Source: Sinorhizobium meliloti
GTDB lineage: Bacteria; Pseudomonadota; Alphaproteobacteria; Rhizobiales; Rhizobiaceae
Assembly: GCF_017876815.1 (NCBI RefSeq)
Contig: NZ_JAGIOS010000001.1
Location: 690,001-722,000 of the forward strand
Direction of reading: 5' to 3'
DNA: 32,000 bases
The translations under genes were made by a program, and so were the position numbers. The notes beneath the pieces are model-generated. The model had not been told where the DNA came from. It searched no databases and saw only the letters and a list, made by a program, of their open reading frames with translations. The first letter of the stretch is position 1. Each line of letters opens with the position of its first letter. Shown in pieces: positions 16,164-24,991 of the stretch.

Positions 16164-16889
16164 TTGCTCGGGGATTCCTTTATCAACTGGAGCCTGCTTT
16201 CGCTCTCGGCGCCCGGCTGGGGCGGCGTCCTGCTGCAGGGCTTCCTCAGCTCGATCGAGATCGCAGTCGGCGGCTATGCGCTCGGGCTCGCACTCGGTAT
16301 CGGCGGGGCCTTCGGCAAGCTCTATGGCGGGCCGGTGCTTCGCGATCTCCTGGAGTGCTACACGACGGTGGTTCGCGCGGTGCCCGAGCTCGTGCTCATC
16401 CTGCTCCTCTACTATGCCGGCACCGATCTCCTGAACCAGCTCCTTGGCGCCATCGGGGTCGGAGCCGTCGATATCAGCGGGCTCGTGGCCGGTATCTTCG
16501 TGATCGGGGTCGTGCAGGGCGCCTATTCGACGGAGGTGCTTCGCGGCGCGATCAAGGCGGTTCCCGCCGGCCAGATCGAGGCGGCACGCGCCTACGGCAT
16601 GTCGCCGCTCCTGGTGCTGCGGCGCATCACGCTTCCGGCGATGCTGCCCTACGCCATCCCCGGCCTTGCCAATCTGTGGCTGATCGCCACCAAGGACACG
16701 GCGTTGCTCGCTGTCGTCGGTTTCAGCGAATTGACGCTCGTCACGCGGCAGGCGGCAGGCGCCACCAAGGCCTATCTCCTCTTCTTCTGCGCCGCCGGCG
16801 CGCTCTATCTGGCGCTGACGCTCGTTTCCAACGTCTTCATCGGCATGCTCGAGCGCCATGCGCGGCGCGGCTTCGCGGAGCAACGATGA
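16164..16889 (+). CDS. ABC transporter permease (HisQ/NocQ-like)
   Basis: TTG start at 16164, preceded by AAGAGG. EAA-like loop ..IEAARAYGMSPLLVLRRITLPAM.. and multiple TM segments. Confidence 0.88.
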   Translation: MLGDSFINWSLLSLSAPGWGGVLLQGFLSSIEIAVGGYALGLALGIGGAFGKLYGGPVLRDLLECYTTVVRAVPELVLILLLYYAGTDLLNQLLGAIGVGAVDISGLVAGIFVIGVVQGAYSTEVLRGAIKAVPAGQIEAARAYGMSPLLVLRRITLPAMLPYAIPGLANLWLIATKDTALLAVVGFSELTLVTRQAAGATKAYLLFFCAAGALYLALTLVSNVFIGMLERHARRGFAEQR

Positions 16890-17710
16890 CCGACGAAACC
16901 ACCCACGCGCTCGCATACACGCCGGAAGACCTCCCGAGAAAGGAGAGTTTCCTCAAGCCTCATCGCATCGTGCTGATGCTTCTCCTCGCGGCGCTCGTGG
17001 TGGCGGTCGCGGTCTTCATGCGCTGGGACTGGCTGCCGCGCTACCTGCCGAGGCTCGGCTCCGGCATTCTCGTGAGCCTGGCGATGCTCTTCAGCACGGC
17101 GATCCTCGGCTTCCTCCTGGCAGTGCCGCTTGGCCTCGCCCAGGTGACCGGGCCATGGTTCTTCAAGGCTCCGGCCCGCATCTTCTGTACCGTCATCCGC
17201 GGGACGCCGCTGCTGCTGCAGCTATGGCTCCTCTATTACGGGCTCGGCTCGCTGTTTCCGCAGTTCCCGGCCATCCGGCAATCCTTTCTCTGGCCGTATC
17301 TGCGCGAGGCCTGGCCCTATGGGGTGGCGGCGCTCACGGTATCCTTCGCCGCCTATGAGGGCGAGGTCATGCGCGGCGCGTTCGCCGGCGTGCCGTCCGG
17401 GGAATTGGAGGCCGCCCGTGCCTACGGCATGGGCCGCTGGACGATGTTCCGGCGCATCTGGCTGCCGCGGGCGATCCACCGCGCGCTGCCCACCCTCAAT
17501 GGCGAGACCGTGCTGCAGCTGAAATCCACGCCGCTCGTCGCGACGATCACCGTCGTCGACGTCTATGCGGTGATCTCGAAGGTGCGGCAGGAAACCTACC
17601 TGACCTATGAGCCGCTCCTGCTGCTCGCGGCCATCTACATGTGCCTGACCGCAATCCTGGTCGTGGCCTTCCGTTACTTCGAAAACCGCATACCCACCCG
17701 TGGTGCCTGA
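16886..17710 (+). CDS. ABC transporter permease (HisM/NocM-like)
   Basis: ATG at 16886 overlaps the preceding stop as ATGA. EAA-like loop ..ELEAARAYGMGRWTMFRRIWLPRA... The track ORF from 16355 overlaps the previous permease and is not used. Confidence 0.88.
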   Translation: MTDETTHALAYTPEDLPRKESFLKPHRIVLMLLLAALVVAVAVFMRWDWLPRYLPRLGSGILVSLAMLFSTAILGFLLAVPLGLAQVTGPWFFKAPARIFCTVIRGTPLLLQLWLLYYGLGSLFPQFPAIRQSFLWPYLREAWPYGVAALTVSFAAYEGEVMRGAFAGVPSGELEAARAYGMGRWTMFRRIWLPRAIHRALPTLNGETVLQLKSTPLVATITVVDVYAVISKVRQETYLTYEPLLLLAAIYMCLTAILVVAFRYFENRIPTRGA

Positions 17711-17711
17711 C

Positions 17712-18881
17712 ATGAAGCTTTCCGCCGCCATCGACAATGCCATGCCGGAACTCGTCGCCATCCGGCGCGATCTGCATGCCCATCCTGAGCTTGGGCTCGA
17801 AGAAACGCGGACATCCGCCTTCATCGCCCGCCACCTCGAAGAGCTCGGCTATGAGGTGGCGACGGGCATCGCGAAAACGGGCGTGGTCGGCACGCTAAGG
17901 AATGGCACCGGGTCGCGCTCGATCGGCATCCGCGCCGATATCGATGCGCTGCCGATCCAGGAGGAAACCGGGGTCGCCTATGCAAGCACGAAGCCGGGCC
18001 TGATGCATGCCTGCGGTCATGACGGCCACACGGCGATGCTGCTCGGCGCCGCCCGCGCGCTTGCCGAGCGAAGGAATTTCGACGGCACGATTCACCTCAT
18101 CTTTCAGCCGGCGGAGGAGAATGCCGGTGGCGCGAAGATCATGGTCGACGAGGGTCTCTTCGACAGATTTCCCTGCGACGCCGTGTTCGCGCTCCACAAC
18201 GAACCGAACCTGCCCTTCGGCCAGTTCGCTCTGCGCGAAGGCCCGATCATGGCGGCGGTCGACGAGGCACGGATCACCGTTCACGGCCGCGGCGGCCACG
18301 GCGCCGAGCCGCAGGCGACGGCCGATCCGATCGTCTGCGGCGCCAGCATCGTCATGGCGCTGCAGACCATCGTCGCACGCAACATCCACCCGATGGACCC
18401 CTCCGTCGTGACCGTCGGCGCATTTCACGCGGGCTCGGCGAGCAACATCATCCCGGAGCGCGCGGAGATCGTCGTCGGCATACGTTCCTTCGATCCCGCG
18501 GTCCGCGACGAGCTCGAACGCCGCATCCGGATGATCGCCGAGGCTCAAGCGTCAAGCTTCGGCATGCGGGCAACCGTCGATTACGAGCGGAGCTACGACG
18601 CCACGATCAACCACAAGGCGGAGACGGATTTCCTCCGAGAGGCCGCCATCCGCTTCGCCGGCGCCGACAAGGTCGTCGATCTCGCCCGGCCGCTCATGGG
18701 AAGCGAGGACTTCGCCTATATGCTCAAGGAAAGGCCCGGCAGCTATTTCTTCCTCGGCTCGCGGGTGACGGGCGAGGAGAAATCGCTCCACCACCCCGGC
18801 TATGATTTCAACGACGATCTGCTGCCGATCGGCGCTGCCTTCTGGACCGAACTCGCCGAAGCCTACCTCGCGCGCCGGTGA
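17712..18881 (+). CDS. M20-family amidohydrolase (hippurate hydrolase / N-acyl-L-amino-acid amidohydrolase type)
   Basis: ATG at 17712, 1 nt after the permease stop. Motifs LVAIRRDLHAHPELGLEE, MHACGHDGHTAMLLGAA and IFQPAEE. Confidence 0.88.
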   Translation: MKLSAAIDNAMPELVAIRRDLHAHPELGLEETRTSAFIARHLEELGYEVATGIAKTGVVGTLRNGTGSRSIGIRADIDALPIQEETGVAYASTKPGLMHACGHDGHTAMLLGAARALAERRNFDGTIHLIFQPAEENAGGAKIMVDEGLFDRFPCDAVFALHNEPNLPFGQFALREGPIMAAVDEARITVHGRGGHGAEPQATADPIVCGASIVMALQTIVARNIHPMDPSVVTVGAFHAGSASNIIPERAEIVVGIRSFDPAVRDELERRIRMIAEAQASSFGMRATVDYERSYDATINHKAETDFLREAAIRFAGADKVVDLARPLMGSEDFAYMLKERPGSYFFLGSRVTGEEKSLHHPGYDFNDDLLPIGAAFWTELAEAYLARR

Positions 18882-19088
18882 GATTGGGGACGGGCGCCCG
18901 ACTGCTTCGACCTGCAATGCGGTTCAAAATGCCGCGCGCGAACGATTGCCGCAGTGTGACAACGTGGCGATCCGCCCGTCATTGACCTTTGGCAATATTG
19001 CGTCAGATTCAATCACACGATGCAGATCGCAGATATCAGACGCCGTTCGCGTCTGAGCTTGCGGTTTCCGCCCGAAAGGATCAGCGCC

Positions 19089-20501
19089 GTGTTCGAAGCT
19101 TTTGACGCAACTGTCCTTGCACGCATACAGTTCGCCTTCACCGTCTCCTTCCACATCATCTTCCCGGCCTTCTCCATCGGACTTGCCAGCTATCTGGCCG
19201 TCCTCGAAGCGCTCTGGCTCTGGAAGAAGGACGAGGTCTATCTGGAGCTCTTCAACTTCTGGAAGACGATCTTCGCCGTCGCTTTCGGCATGGGCGTCGT
19301 CTCCGGCATCGTCATGTCCTACCAGTTCGGCACCAACTGGAGCGTGTTTTCCGACAAGGCCGGGCCGGTGATCGGGCCGCTGATGGGCTATGAGGTGCTG
19401 ACCGCCTTCTTCCTCGAAGCGGGCTTTCTCGGCGTCATGCTTTTCGGCCTCAACCGGGTCGGCCCGAAGCTGCATTTTTTCGCAACCGCGATGGTCGCGC
19501 TCGGCACGCTGATCTCGGCCACCTGGATCCTCGCGGTGAACTCCTGGATGCAGACGCCCGCCGGCTTCTCCGTCAACGAGGCCGGGCAGTTCATTCCCGA
19601 CGACTGGTGGGAGGTGATCTTCAATCCGTCTTTCCCGTATCGGCTGACGCACATGGTGCTAGCCGCCTATCTGACGACGGCCTTCGTCGTCGGCGCCTGC
19701 GGGGCGTGGCACCTCCTGCGCAAGACCGCTCCGCGGCGCGCCCGCACGATGTTCTCGATGGCCATGTGGATGGCGGCGATCGTCGCGCCGATCCAGATCT
19801 TCGCCGGCGACCAGCACGGACTCAACACGCTCGAACATCAGCCGGCAAAGGTGATGGCGATGGAAGGGCATTATCAAAGCCATCCGGAAGGCGCGCCGCT
19901 GATCCTCTTCGGCATGCCGAACTCCGCCGAGAAGCGCGTCGACTACGCGCTCGAAATCCCGAAGCTTTCGAGCCTGATCCTGAAGCACTCGCTCGATGCG
20001 CCCCTTGCCGGTCTCGACACCATACCCGAGGACCGGCACCCGCCGGTCGCCATCGTCTTCTGGTCGTTCCGCGTCATGGTGGCGATCGGCTTCGCCATGC
20101 TCGGTCTCGGGCTCTGGAGCCTCTGGTGTCGGCTGCGCGGCACGCTCGACACGAATGCCGCGCTCCACCGCGCGGCGGTGCTCATGGGCCCGGCGGGCTT
20201 CGTGGCAGTGCTTGCCGGCTGGATCACGACGGAGGTCGGGCGGCAGCCCTACACGATCTATGGTCACCTTTTGACGGCGGACTCGATTTCCCCGATCGCA
20301 GCGCCGGCTGTCGGCGCCTCGCTCGTCGCCTTCATCATCGTCTATTTCCTCGTTTTCGGCGCCGGCACCTTCTACATCCTGCGGCTGATGGCACGTCTGC
20401 CGCGCGATACGATGCCCGAACTCGACGAAGGACCCTTGCGCACGGCCGGAGTGACGCCCGGGCCGGCAACAGCCAACCAGGGAGGCCATCATGGCCATTG
20501 A
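19089..20501 (+). CDS. cydA: cytochrome bd-type quinol oxidase subunit I, short form (cyanide-insensitive CioA-like)
   Basis: The conserved N-terminus FDATVLARIQFAFTVSFHIIFPAFSIG starts right after GTG at 19089, with GAAAGGA 8 nt upstream. The in-frame ATG at 19020 would add 23 unusually basic residues. A length of about 470 aa suggests a short Q-loop. Confidence 0.88.
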   Translation: MFEAFDATVLARIQFAFTVSFHIIFPAFSIGLASYLAVLEALWLWKKDEVYLELFNFWKTIFAVAFGMGVVSGIVMSYQFGTNWSVFSDKAGPVIGPLMGYEVLTAFFLEAGFLGVMLFGLNRVGPKLHFFATAMVALGTLISATWILAVNSWMQTPAGFSVNEAGQFIPDDWWEVIFNPSFPYRLTHMVLAAYLTTAFVVGACGAWHLLRKTAPRRARTMFSMAMWMAAIVAPIQIFAGDQHGLNTLEHQPAKVMAMEGHYQSHPEGAPLILFGMPNSAEKRVDYALEIPKLSSLILKHSLDAPLAGLDTIPEDRHPPVAIVFWSFRVMVAIGFAMLGLGLWSLWCRLRGTLDTNAALHRAAVLMGPAGFVAVLAGWITTEVGRQPYTIYGHLLTADSISPIAAPAVGASLVAFIIVYFLVFGAGTFYILRLMARLPRDTMPELDEGPLRTAGVTPGPATANQGGHHGH

Positions 20502-21495
20502 TCTGCCACTGATCTGGGCCGCGATCATCGCCTTTGCGGTGCTTGCCTATGTCGTTCTCGACGGTTTCGACCTCGGCGTCGGGATATTGTTTCCGTTTTT
20601 CCCCGAGAAGCACGACCGCGACGTCATGATGAACTCCGTGGCCCCCGTATGGGACGGCAATGAAACCTGGCTCGTGCTCGGCGGCGGAGGGCTGCTCGCC
20701 GTGTTTCCGCTCGCCTATGCGACCATCCTGCCCGCGCTTTACGCGCCCATCATCGCCATGCTGATCGGCCTCATCTTCCGCGGCGTGGCTTTCGAGTACC
20801 GCTGGCGCACGCAGCGCGGCGAATTCCTGTGGAACTGGGCCTTTGCGGGCGGGTCGATGCTCGCTGCCTTCGCGCAAGGCCTGGCGCTCGGCGCCCTCGT
20901 GCAGGGCATCCCGGTCGAGAACCGGGCCTATGTCGGCGGCTGGTGGGACTGGTTGACGCCGTTTTCAATCGCAACCGGACTGGCGATCGTGATCGGCTAT
21001 GCGCTTCTCGGAGCGACCTGGCTGGTGATGAAGACCCGTGGCGAGCTCGCCGAACGCGCACGTGGCGTCGCGCTTCGAACCGCTCTCGCCACGGTCGCGG
21101 CTATGGGCATCGTCAGCCTGTGGACGCCGTTTCTCGAGCCGGTCTACCTGGAGCGCTGGTTCGGCTGGCCGACGGCGATCTTCAGCGTCATCGTGCCGCT
21201 GCTGGTCCTCGGCTGCCTCTACCTCCTTCTCAAAGGCATCCGCGACCGGCACGATGTCCAGCCCTTCATCGCCGCGCTCGGCCTGTTCGTGCTCGGCTAT
21301 ATCGGCATCGGCATCAGCTTCTATCCTTTCATGGTGCCGCCTTCGCTGACGATCTGGGATGCCGCCGCGCCGGACGAGAGCCTCGCCTTCCTTCTCGTCG
21401 GCGCGCTTGTTCTGGTACCGATGATTCTCACCTATACCGCCTATGCCTACTGGGTCTTCCGCGGCAAGGTCGATCCGGAGGAGGGCTACCATTGA
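20491..21495 (+). CDS. cydB: cytochrome bd-type quinol oxidase subunit II (CioB-like)
   Basis: ATG at 20491 is preceded by GGGAGG and overlaps the cydA end by 11 nt. N-terminus LPLIWAAIIAFAVLAYVVLDGFDLGVGILFPF. Confidence 0.9.
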   Translation: MAIDLPLIWAAIIAFAVLAYVVLDGFDLGVGILFPFFPEKHDRDVMMNSVAPVWDGNETWLVLGGGGLLAVFPLAYATILPALYAPIIAMLIGLIFRGVAFEYRWRTQRGEFLWNWAFAGGSMLAAFAQGLALGALVQGIPVENRAYVGGWWDWLTPFSIATGLAIVIGYALLGATWLVMKTRGELAERARGVALRTALATVAAMGIVSLWTPFLEPVYLERWFGWPTAIFSVIVPLLVLGCLYLLLKGIRDRHDVQPFIAALGLFVLGYIGIGISFYPFMVPPSLTIWDAAAPDESLAFLLVGALVLVPMILTYTAYAYWVFRGKVDPEEGYH

Positions 21496-21608
21496 CGCGC
21501 TCCAGCGGGACTGCCCGCAAGCTTCTCTGGTTCGTGGGCCTCTGGGCCGCCGGCGTCGCTGCGGTCAGCATCGTGGGTCTTGCGATCAAGCTTGCTCTCG
21601 GCGCGTGA
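21492..21608 (+). CDS. 38-aa single-TM protein downstream of cydB (DUF2474-like / CydX-like accessory peptide)
   Basis: TTG at 21492 overlaps the cydB stop (TTGA). GGAGGAGGG lies about 5 nt upstream. Product MTRSSGTARKLLWFVGLWAAGVAAVSIVGLAIKLALGA. Its position and shape match the small ORFs I recall after cioB. Confidence 0.55.
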   Translation: MTRSSGTARKLLWFVGLWAAGVAAVSIVGLAIKLALGA

Positions 21609-21729
21609 AAACCCCCGTTGCAGCGGAGCTGCCATGCTGCGTCGGTTTAACCCCTTCTCAGCCGGCGTCCCCTTTGCTAGCAGTTCGGCGCGATCAAATG
21701 GAGCGGCCTCCGCTCCGCGAGGACCCGAC

Positions 21730-22035
21730 ATGCAGAAAACACCCGCAGAATGCACGACGATGGCCGACATACGTGTGGAGATCGATCGGCTCGACCGCGC
21801 TTTGATGACGCTTTTCGCCGAACGGTGGGGCTATATCGAGCGCGCCGCGGAGATTAAACGCCCGCTCAACCTGAAGGCGGACATCCCGGCACGGGTGGCG
21901 GAGGTGAAGGAAAACGCGCGCCGGAATGCGGTCGAGCTCGGCCTCGATCCGGACTTCTACGAACGATTCTGGGGACAACTCGTCGAGCGTGCCATTGCGC
22001 ATGAGCGGAAACTGCTCGGAGAGGACGACGCCTGA
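21730..22035 (+). CDS. AroQ-class chorismate mutase-like protein resembling isochorismate-pyruvate lyase PchB
   Basis: ATG at 21730 follows GAGGA. N-terminus MQKTPAECTTMADIRVEIDRLDRALMTLFAERWGYIERAAEIK closely recalls the PchB N-terminus (MKTPEDCTGLADIREAIDRID..). Length 101 aa. Confidence 0.8.
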   Translation: MQKTPAECTTMADIRVEIDRLDRALMTLFAERWGYIERAAEIKRPLNLKADIPARVAEVKENARRNAVELGLDPDFYERFWGQLVERAIAHERKLLGEDDA

Positions 22036-22053
22036 AGGCTTCAGCCAAAGGGC

Positions 22054-23082
22054 TCAGCCGTTGGCGATCAACCGCTCGTCCTGTTCCTCGTCGAAGCTGT
22101 TCTTGCGGCTGAGATGGCTTTCCCAGTCGAAGGCGCTCCGGACGATATGCTCGAGGCTCGCATGGGTCGGGACCCAATCGAGCTTCAGCCGGGCTACGGA
22201 CGGGTCGGCGACTATTTGCGCCGGATCGCCCGGGCGCCGCGGCGCGTAGTCCACCATAAAATCGCGGCCGGAGACCTGGCGCACGGTATCGAGCACCTGC
22301 AGCACCGAGAAGCCGTGGCCATAGCCGCAATTCGCAACCAACGGTTCACCGCCAGCCCTTAGATAGGCGAGCGCGCTCCTGTGTGCCGCCACGAGATCAC
22401 TCACATGGATATAGTCTCTGACGCCGGTACCGTCCGCCGTCGGATAGTCCGTGCCCAAGACATCGATCTTTCGGCGCCTCCCGAGCGCCGCCTCGCAGGC
22501 GACCTTGATCAGATGTGTGGCGCCGAGCGTCGACTGGCCGGCGCGGCCGAGCGGGTCGGCCCCGGCCACGTTGAAATAGCGCAACGCGACGAAGCGGAAA
22601 TCATGTGCGGCCGCAGCGTCCTGCAGCATCATCTCCGACATCAGCTTGGAGCGGCCGTAAGGGCTCTGGGGCCGCAGGGCGGCCGTCTCGCTGACCGGGT
22701 CGGGCGTGTCCTGGGTTCCATAGACGGCGGCGGTCGAAGAAAAGACGAAATGGCGAATACCGGCCTCGACGGTTGCCGCAATGAGCGTGCGGGTATTGGC
22801 CGTATTGTTCTCATAATAGGCAAGCGGGTTGGCGACCGATTCCGGTACGACGGCCGAGCCCGCGAAATGGACGACCGAGTCGATTTCGTTCTCGGCAAAC
22901 ACCCGCTGGAGCAGCGCCCGGTCACCGACATCGCCGAAGTAGAAGCGCGCCTCCGGTGCGACCGCCCAGCGAAATCCGGTCGACAGACAGTCGAGCACCA
23001 CCACCGCTTCGCCGCCGTCGAGCAACGACCAGACCATGTGGCTGCCGATATAACCTGCCCCGCCTGTTACCAATACCGCCAT
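22054..23082 (-). CDS. galE: UDP-glucose 4-epimerase
   Basis: N-terminus MAVLVTGGAGYIGSH, catalytic YGRSK, and the ..LRYFNVAGADP.. motif. Convergent with the chorismate mutase gene, with only an 18-nt gap. Confidence 0.9.
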   Translation of the reverse strand: MAVLVTGGAGYIGSHMVWSLLDGGEAVVVLDCLSTGFRWAVAPEARFYFGDVGDRALLQRVFAENEIDSVVHFAGSAVVPESVANPLAYYENNTANTRTLIAATVEAGIRHFVFSSTAAVYGTQDTPDPVSETAALRPQSPYGRSKLMSEMMLQDAAAAHDFRFVALRYFNVAGADPLGRAGQSTLGATHLIKVACEAALGRRRKIDVLGTDYPTADGTGVRDYIHVSDLVAAHRSALAYLRAGGEPLVANCGYGHGFSVLQVLDTVRQVSGRDFMVDYAPRRPGDPAQIVADPSVARLKLDWVPTHASLEHIVRSAFDWESHLSRKNSFDEEQDERLIANG

Positions 23083-23262
23083 TTCCCGTCCCCTGTCCCT
23101 GCATATGCGGGATCAGAAAAGACGAGTTCACGTTTCAGAAATGGTAAATCGCAGCGCTGTTCGCCTGCCCGCAGCACCTATTCTCGGTTGTGTGGTTAAA
23201 GGTCCGCCGCACCGATCGGTCGGATTTTACCGATTGGCCGTACCGTCGTCGAAAACGCTCCG

Positions 23263-24429
23263 TCAGCGGCTGAGGATGTAGCGCTGCAAGCGGTCTGCGG
23301 CCTCGGCGATCTGGAGCGGATCGCGCAGGAAGCAGGCGCGCATGAAAAGCGCTCCGCCCTCGCCGAAGGCCGTCCCCGGCGCGAGACCGACGCCGGTCCG
23401 GTCGACGATGTCGAGTGCCGCGGCCCGCGAGTCGGTGACGCCGTCGATCTTCAGGAAGGCGTAGAGCGCGCCATCGGGTTTCAGCGTTTCGACGCGGTTG
23501 GTCGCGATCAGCGCGTCGCAGAGCGTATCGCGGTTGCGCTTCGCTTTGGCGATGTTCTCTTCGACGAAGCCGTCGCCCTCGTCGAGCGCGGCGACTGCCC
23601 CGCGCTGCATGAACTGCGCGACACCGGAGGTCGAATACTGGATGAGATTTTCGAGCACCTGCCCCATCGCCGGCGGCGCCACGATCCACCCGACACGCCA
23701 GCCGGTCATGGACCAGTTCTTGGAAAAGGAATTGACGAAGAGGATGCGGTCGTCCTCCTCCATCACGTCGAGGAAGGACGGCGCCCGGCCGTCGGGATAA
23801 TAGTAAAGCGCGTAGATCTCGTCGGCGATGATCCAGAGGCCATGCTCGCGCGCGAGCGCCAGAATGGCCTTGAGATCGTCGTGGGTTGCGGTCCAGCCGG
23901 TCGGGTTGGACGGCGTGTTGATGAAAAGCGCCCGCGTCCTCTCCCCGATCGCCGCCTGAAGACGTTCGGGATCGAGCCGCCATTTGCCGCCTTCGAACTG
24001 CAACGGAACGGCGACCGGGCGAACGCCGGAGAGGTCCGCAGCAGCCGCGAAATTCGGCCAGGCGGGCGTCAGCAGGACCACCTCGTCGCCGGGAGAGCCT
24101 ACCGCCTCGATCGCAAGCTTGATCGCCTGCATTCCCGAACCGGTAACATAGAAATTCTCGGGCGACAGCGCCTTCTGGAACCGGCGCTGGTAATAGCGGA
24201 CCAGCGCCTCGCGAAGAGGCGGGATGCCGCGCTGCCAGGTGTAGAAGGTCTCGCCTGCCATCAACGCGTCGGCCGCGGCGCGACTGACGAAATCCGGCGT
24301 CGGCAGATCACCTTCGCCGACCCAGAGCGGGATCAGTCCTTCACGCCCGCGCGCATAGTTGACCACTTCGACGATGCCGCTTTCGGGCGCTGCCGTCGCG
24401 CGGGGGCTGAGGCTGGTCATGATCGTCAT
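23263..24429 (-). CDS. class I/II PLP-dependent aminotransferase (aspartate/aromatic aminotransferase-like)
   Basis: 388 aa. Motifs ..PLWVGEGDLPTPDF.., INTPSNPTGW and SFSKNWSMTGWRVGW (PLP lysine). Confidence 0.88.
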   Translation of the reverse strand: MTIMTSLSPRATAAPESGIVEVVNYARGREGLIPLWVGEGDLPTPDFVSRAAADALMAGETFYTWQRGIPPLREALVRYYQRRFQKALSPENFYVTGSGMQAIKLAIEAVGSPGDEVVLLTPAWPNFAAAADLSGVRPVAVPLQFEGGKWRLDPERLQAAIGERTRALFINTPSNPTGWTATHDDLKAILALAREHGLWIIADEIYALYYYPDGRAPSFLDVMEEDDRILFVNSFSKNWSMTGWRVGWIVAPPAMGQVLENLIQYSTSGVAQFMQRGAVAALDEGDGFVEENIAKAKRNRDTLCDALIATNRVETLKPDGALYAFLKIDGVTDSRAAALDIVDRTGVGLAPGTAFGEGGALFMRACFLRDPLQIAEAADRLQRYILSR

Positions 24430-24453
24430 CGGCGGGCTCCTGATTGCCCGCCG
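24430..24453 (-). promoter_or_regulatory. all-G/C 8-bp hairpin holding the SD in its loop, abutting the aminotransferase start codon
   Basis: On the minus strand: CGGCGGGC-AATCAGGA-GCCCGCCG, immediately followed by ATG (24429). Confidence 0.5.
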
Positions 24454-24562
24454 TTTCTAGACGCTTTGGCGTCGGCGATCACGCGAATTTCTCTGACCTG
24501 TTTATCGAATTCTGTGATGTTTCCATCACCCGGCGGCCCCGGACCGCCGAGTGTCCGGCGCC

Positions 24563-24991
24563 TCAGGCGCGCTGCCTCAGAAGATCGCGAATTTCGGAGA
24601 GAAGCAGGATGTCCTGCGGCGGCGGTGCGGCCGGGTCCGGCGCCTTGTCCCTTTCGACCGAAGCACGCGCGCGATTCACGAGCTTGATCAGCAGGAAGAT
24701 GATCCAGGCGAGGATCAGGAAGTTGATGAGCACGGTGATGAAATTGCCATAGGCAAAGACCGCGCCCTGTTCGCGTGCGGCGGAGAGCGTCGGCGCAGTG
24801 ACACTGGCGGAGAGTGGCAGGAAATAGTTGGAGAAATCGAAGCCGCCGCCGGTGATCGCTCCCACGACCGGCATGACGAGGTCATTGACGACCGAATCGA
24901 CAATCTTGCTAAAGGCCGCACCGATGATCACGCCGACCGCAAGGTCCATGACGTTGCCGCGGGCGATAAACTCCTTGAATTCGTTCAGCAT
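24563..24991 (-). CDS. mscL: large-conductance mechanosensitive channel
   Basis: ATG at 24991 follows GGAGAGAGG. N-terminus [44 protein letters not shown] is canonical MscL. Confidence 0.93.
   Translation of the reverse strand: MLNEFKEFIARGNVMDLAVGVIIGAAFSKIVDSVVNDLVMPVVGAITGGGFDFSNYFLPLSASVTAPTLSAAREQGAVFAYGNFITVLINFLILAWIIFLLIKLVNRARASVERDKAPDPAAPPPQDILLLSEIRDLLRQRA

Noticed and set aside
18982-18995. TTGAC-CTTT-GGCAA upstream of cydA as an FNR/FixK (TTGAT-N4-ATCAA) box
   Set aside because: Only the TTG..CAA core and about 7 of 10 positions match. A second candidate, TTGCGTCAGATTCAA, has the wrong spacing (TTG-N9-CAA). That is too weak to call without a genome-wide matrix scan.
19020-19088. 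ATG at 19020 as the cydA start
   Set aside because: It would add 23 highly basic residues (MQIADIRRRSRLSLRFPPERISA) before the conserved CydA N-terminus and would span a strong hairpin. GTG at 19089 with a GAAAGGA SD fits better. This is not excluded experimentally.
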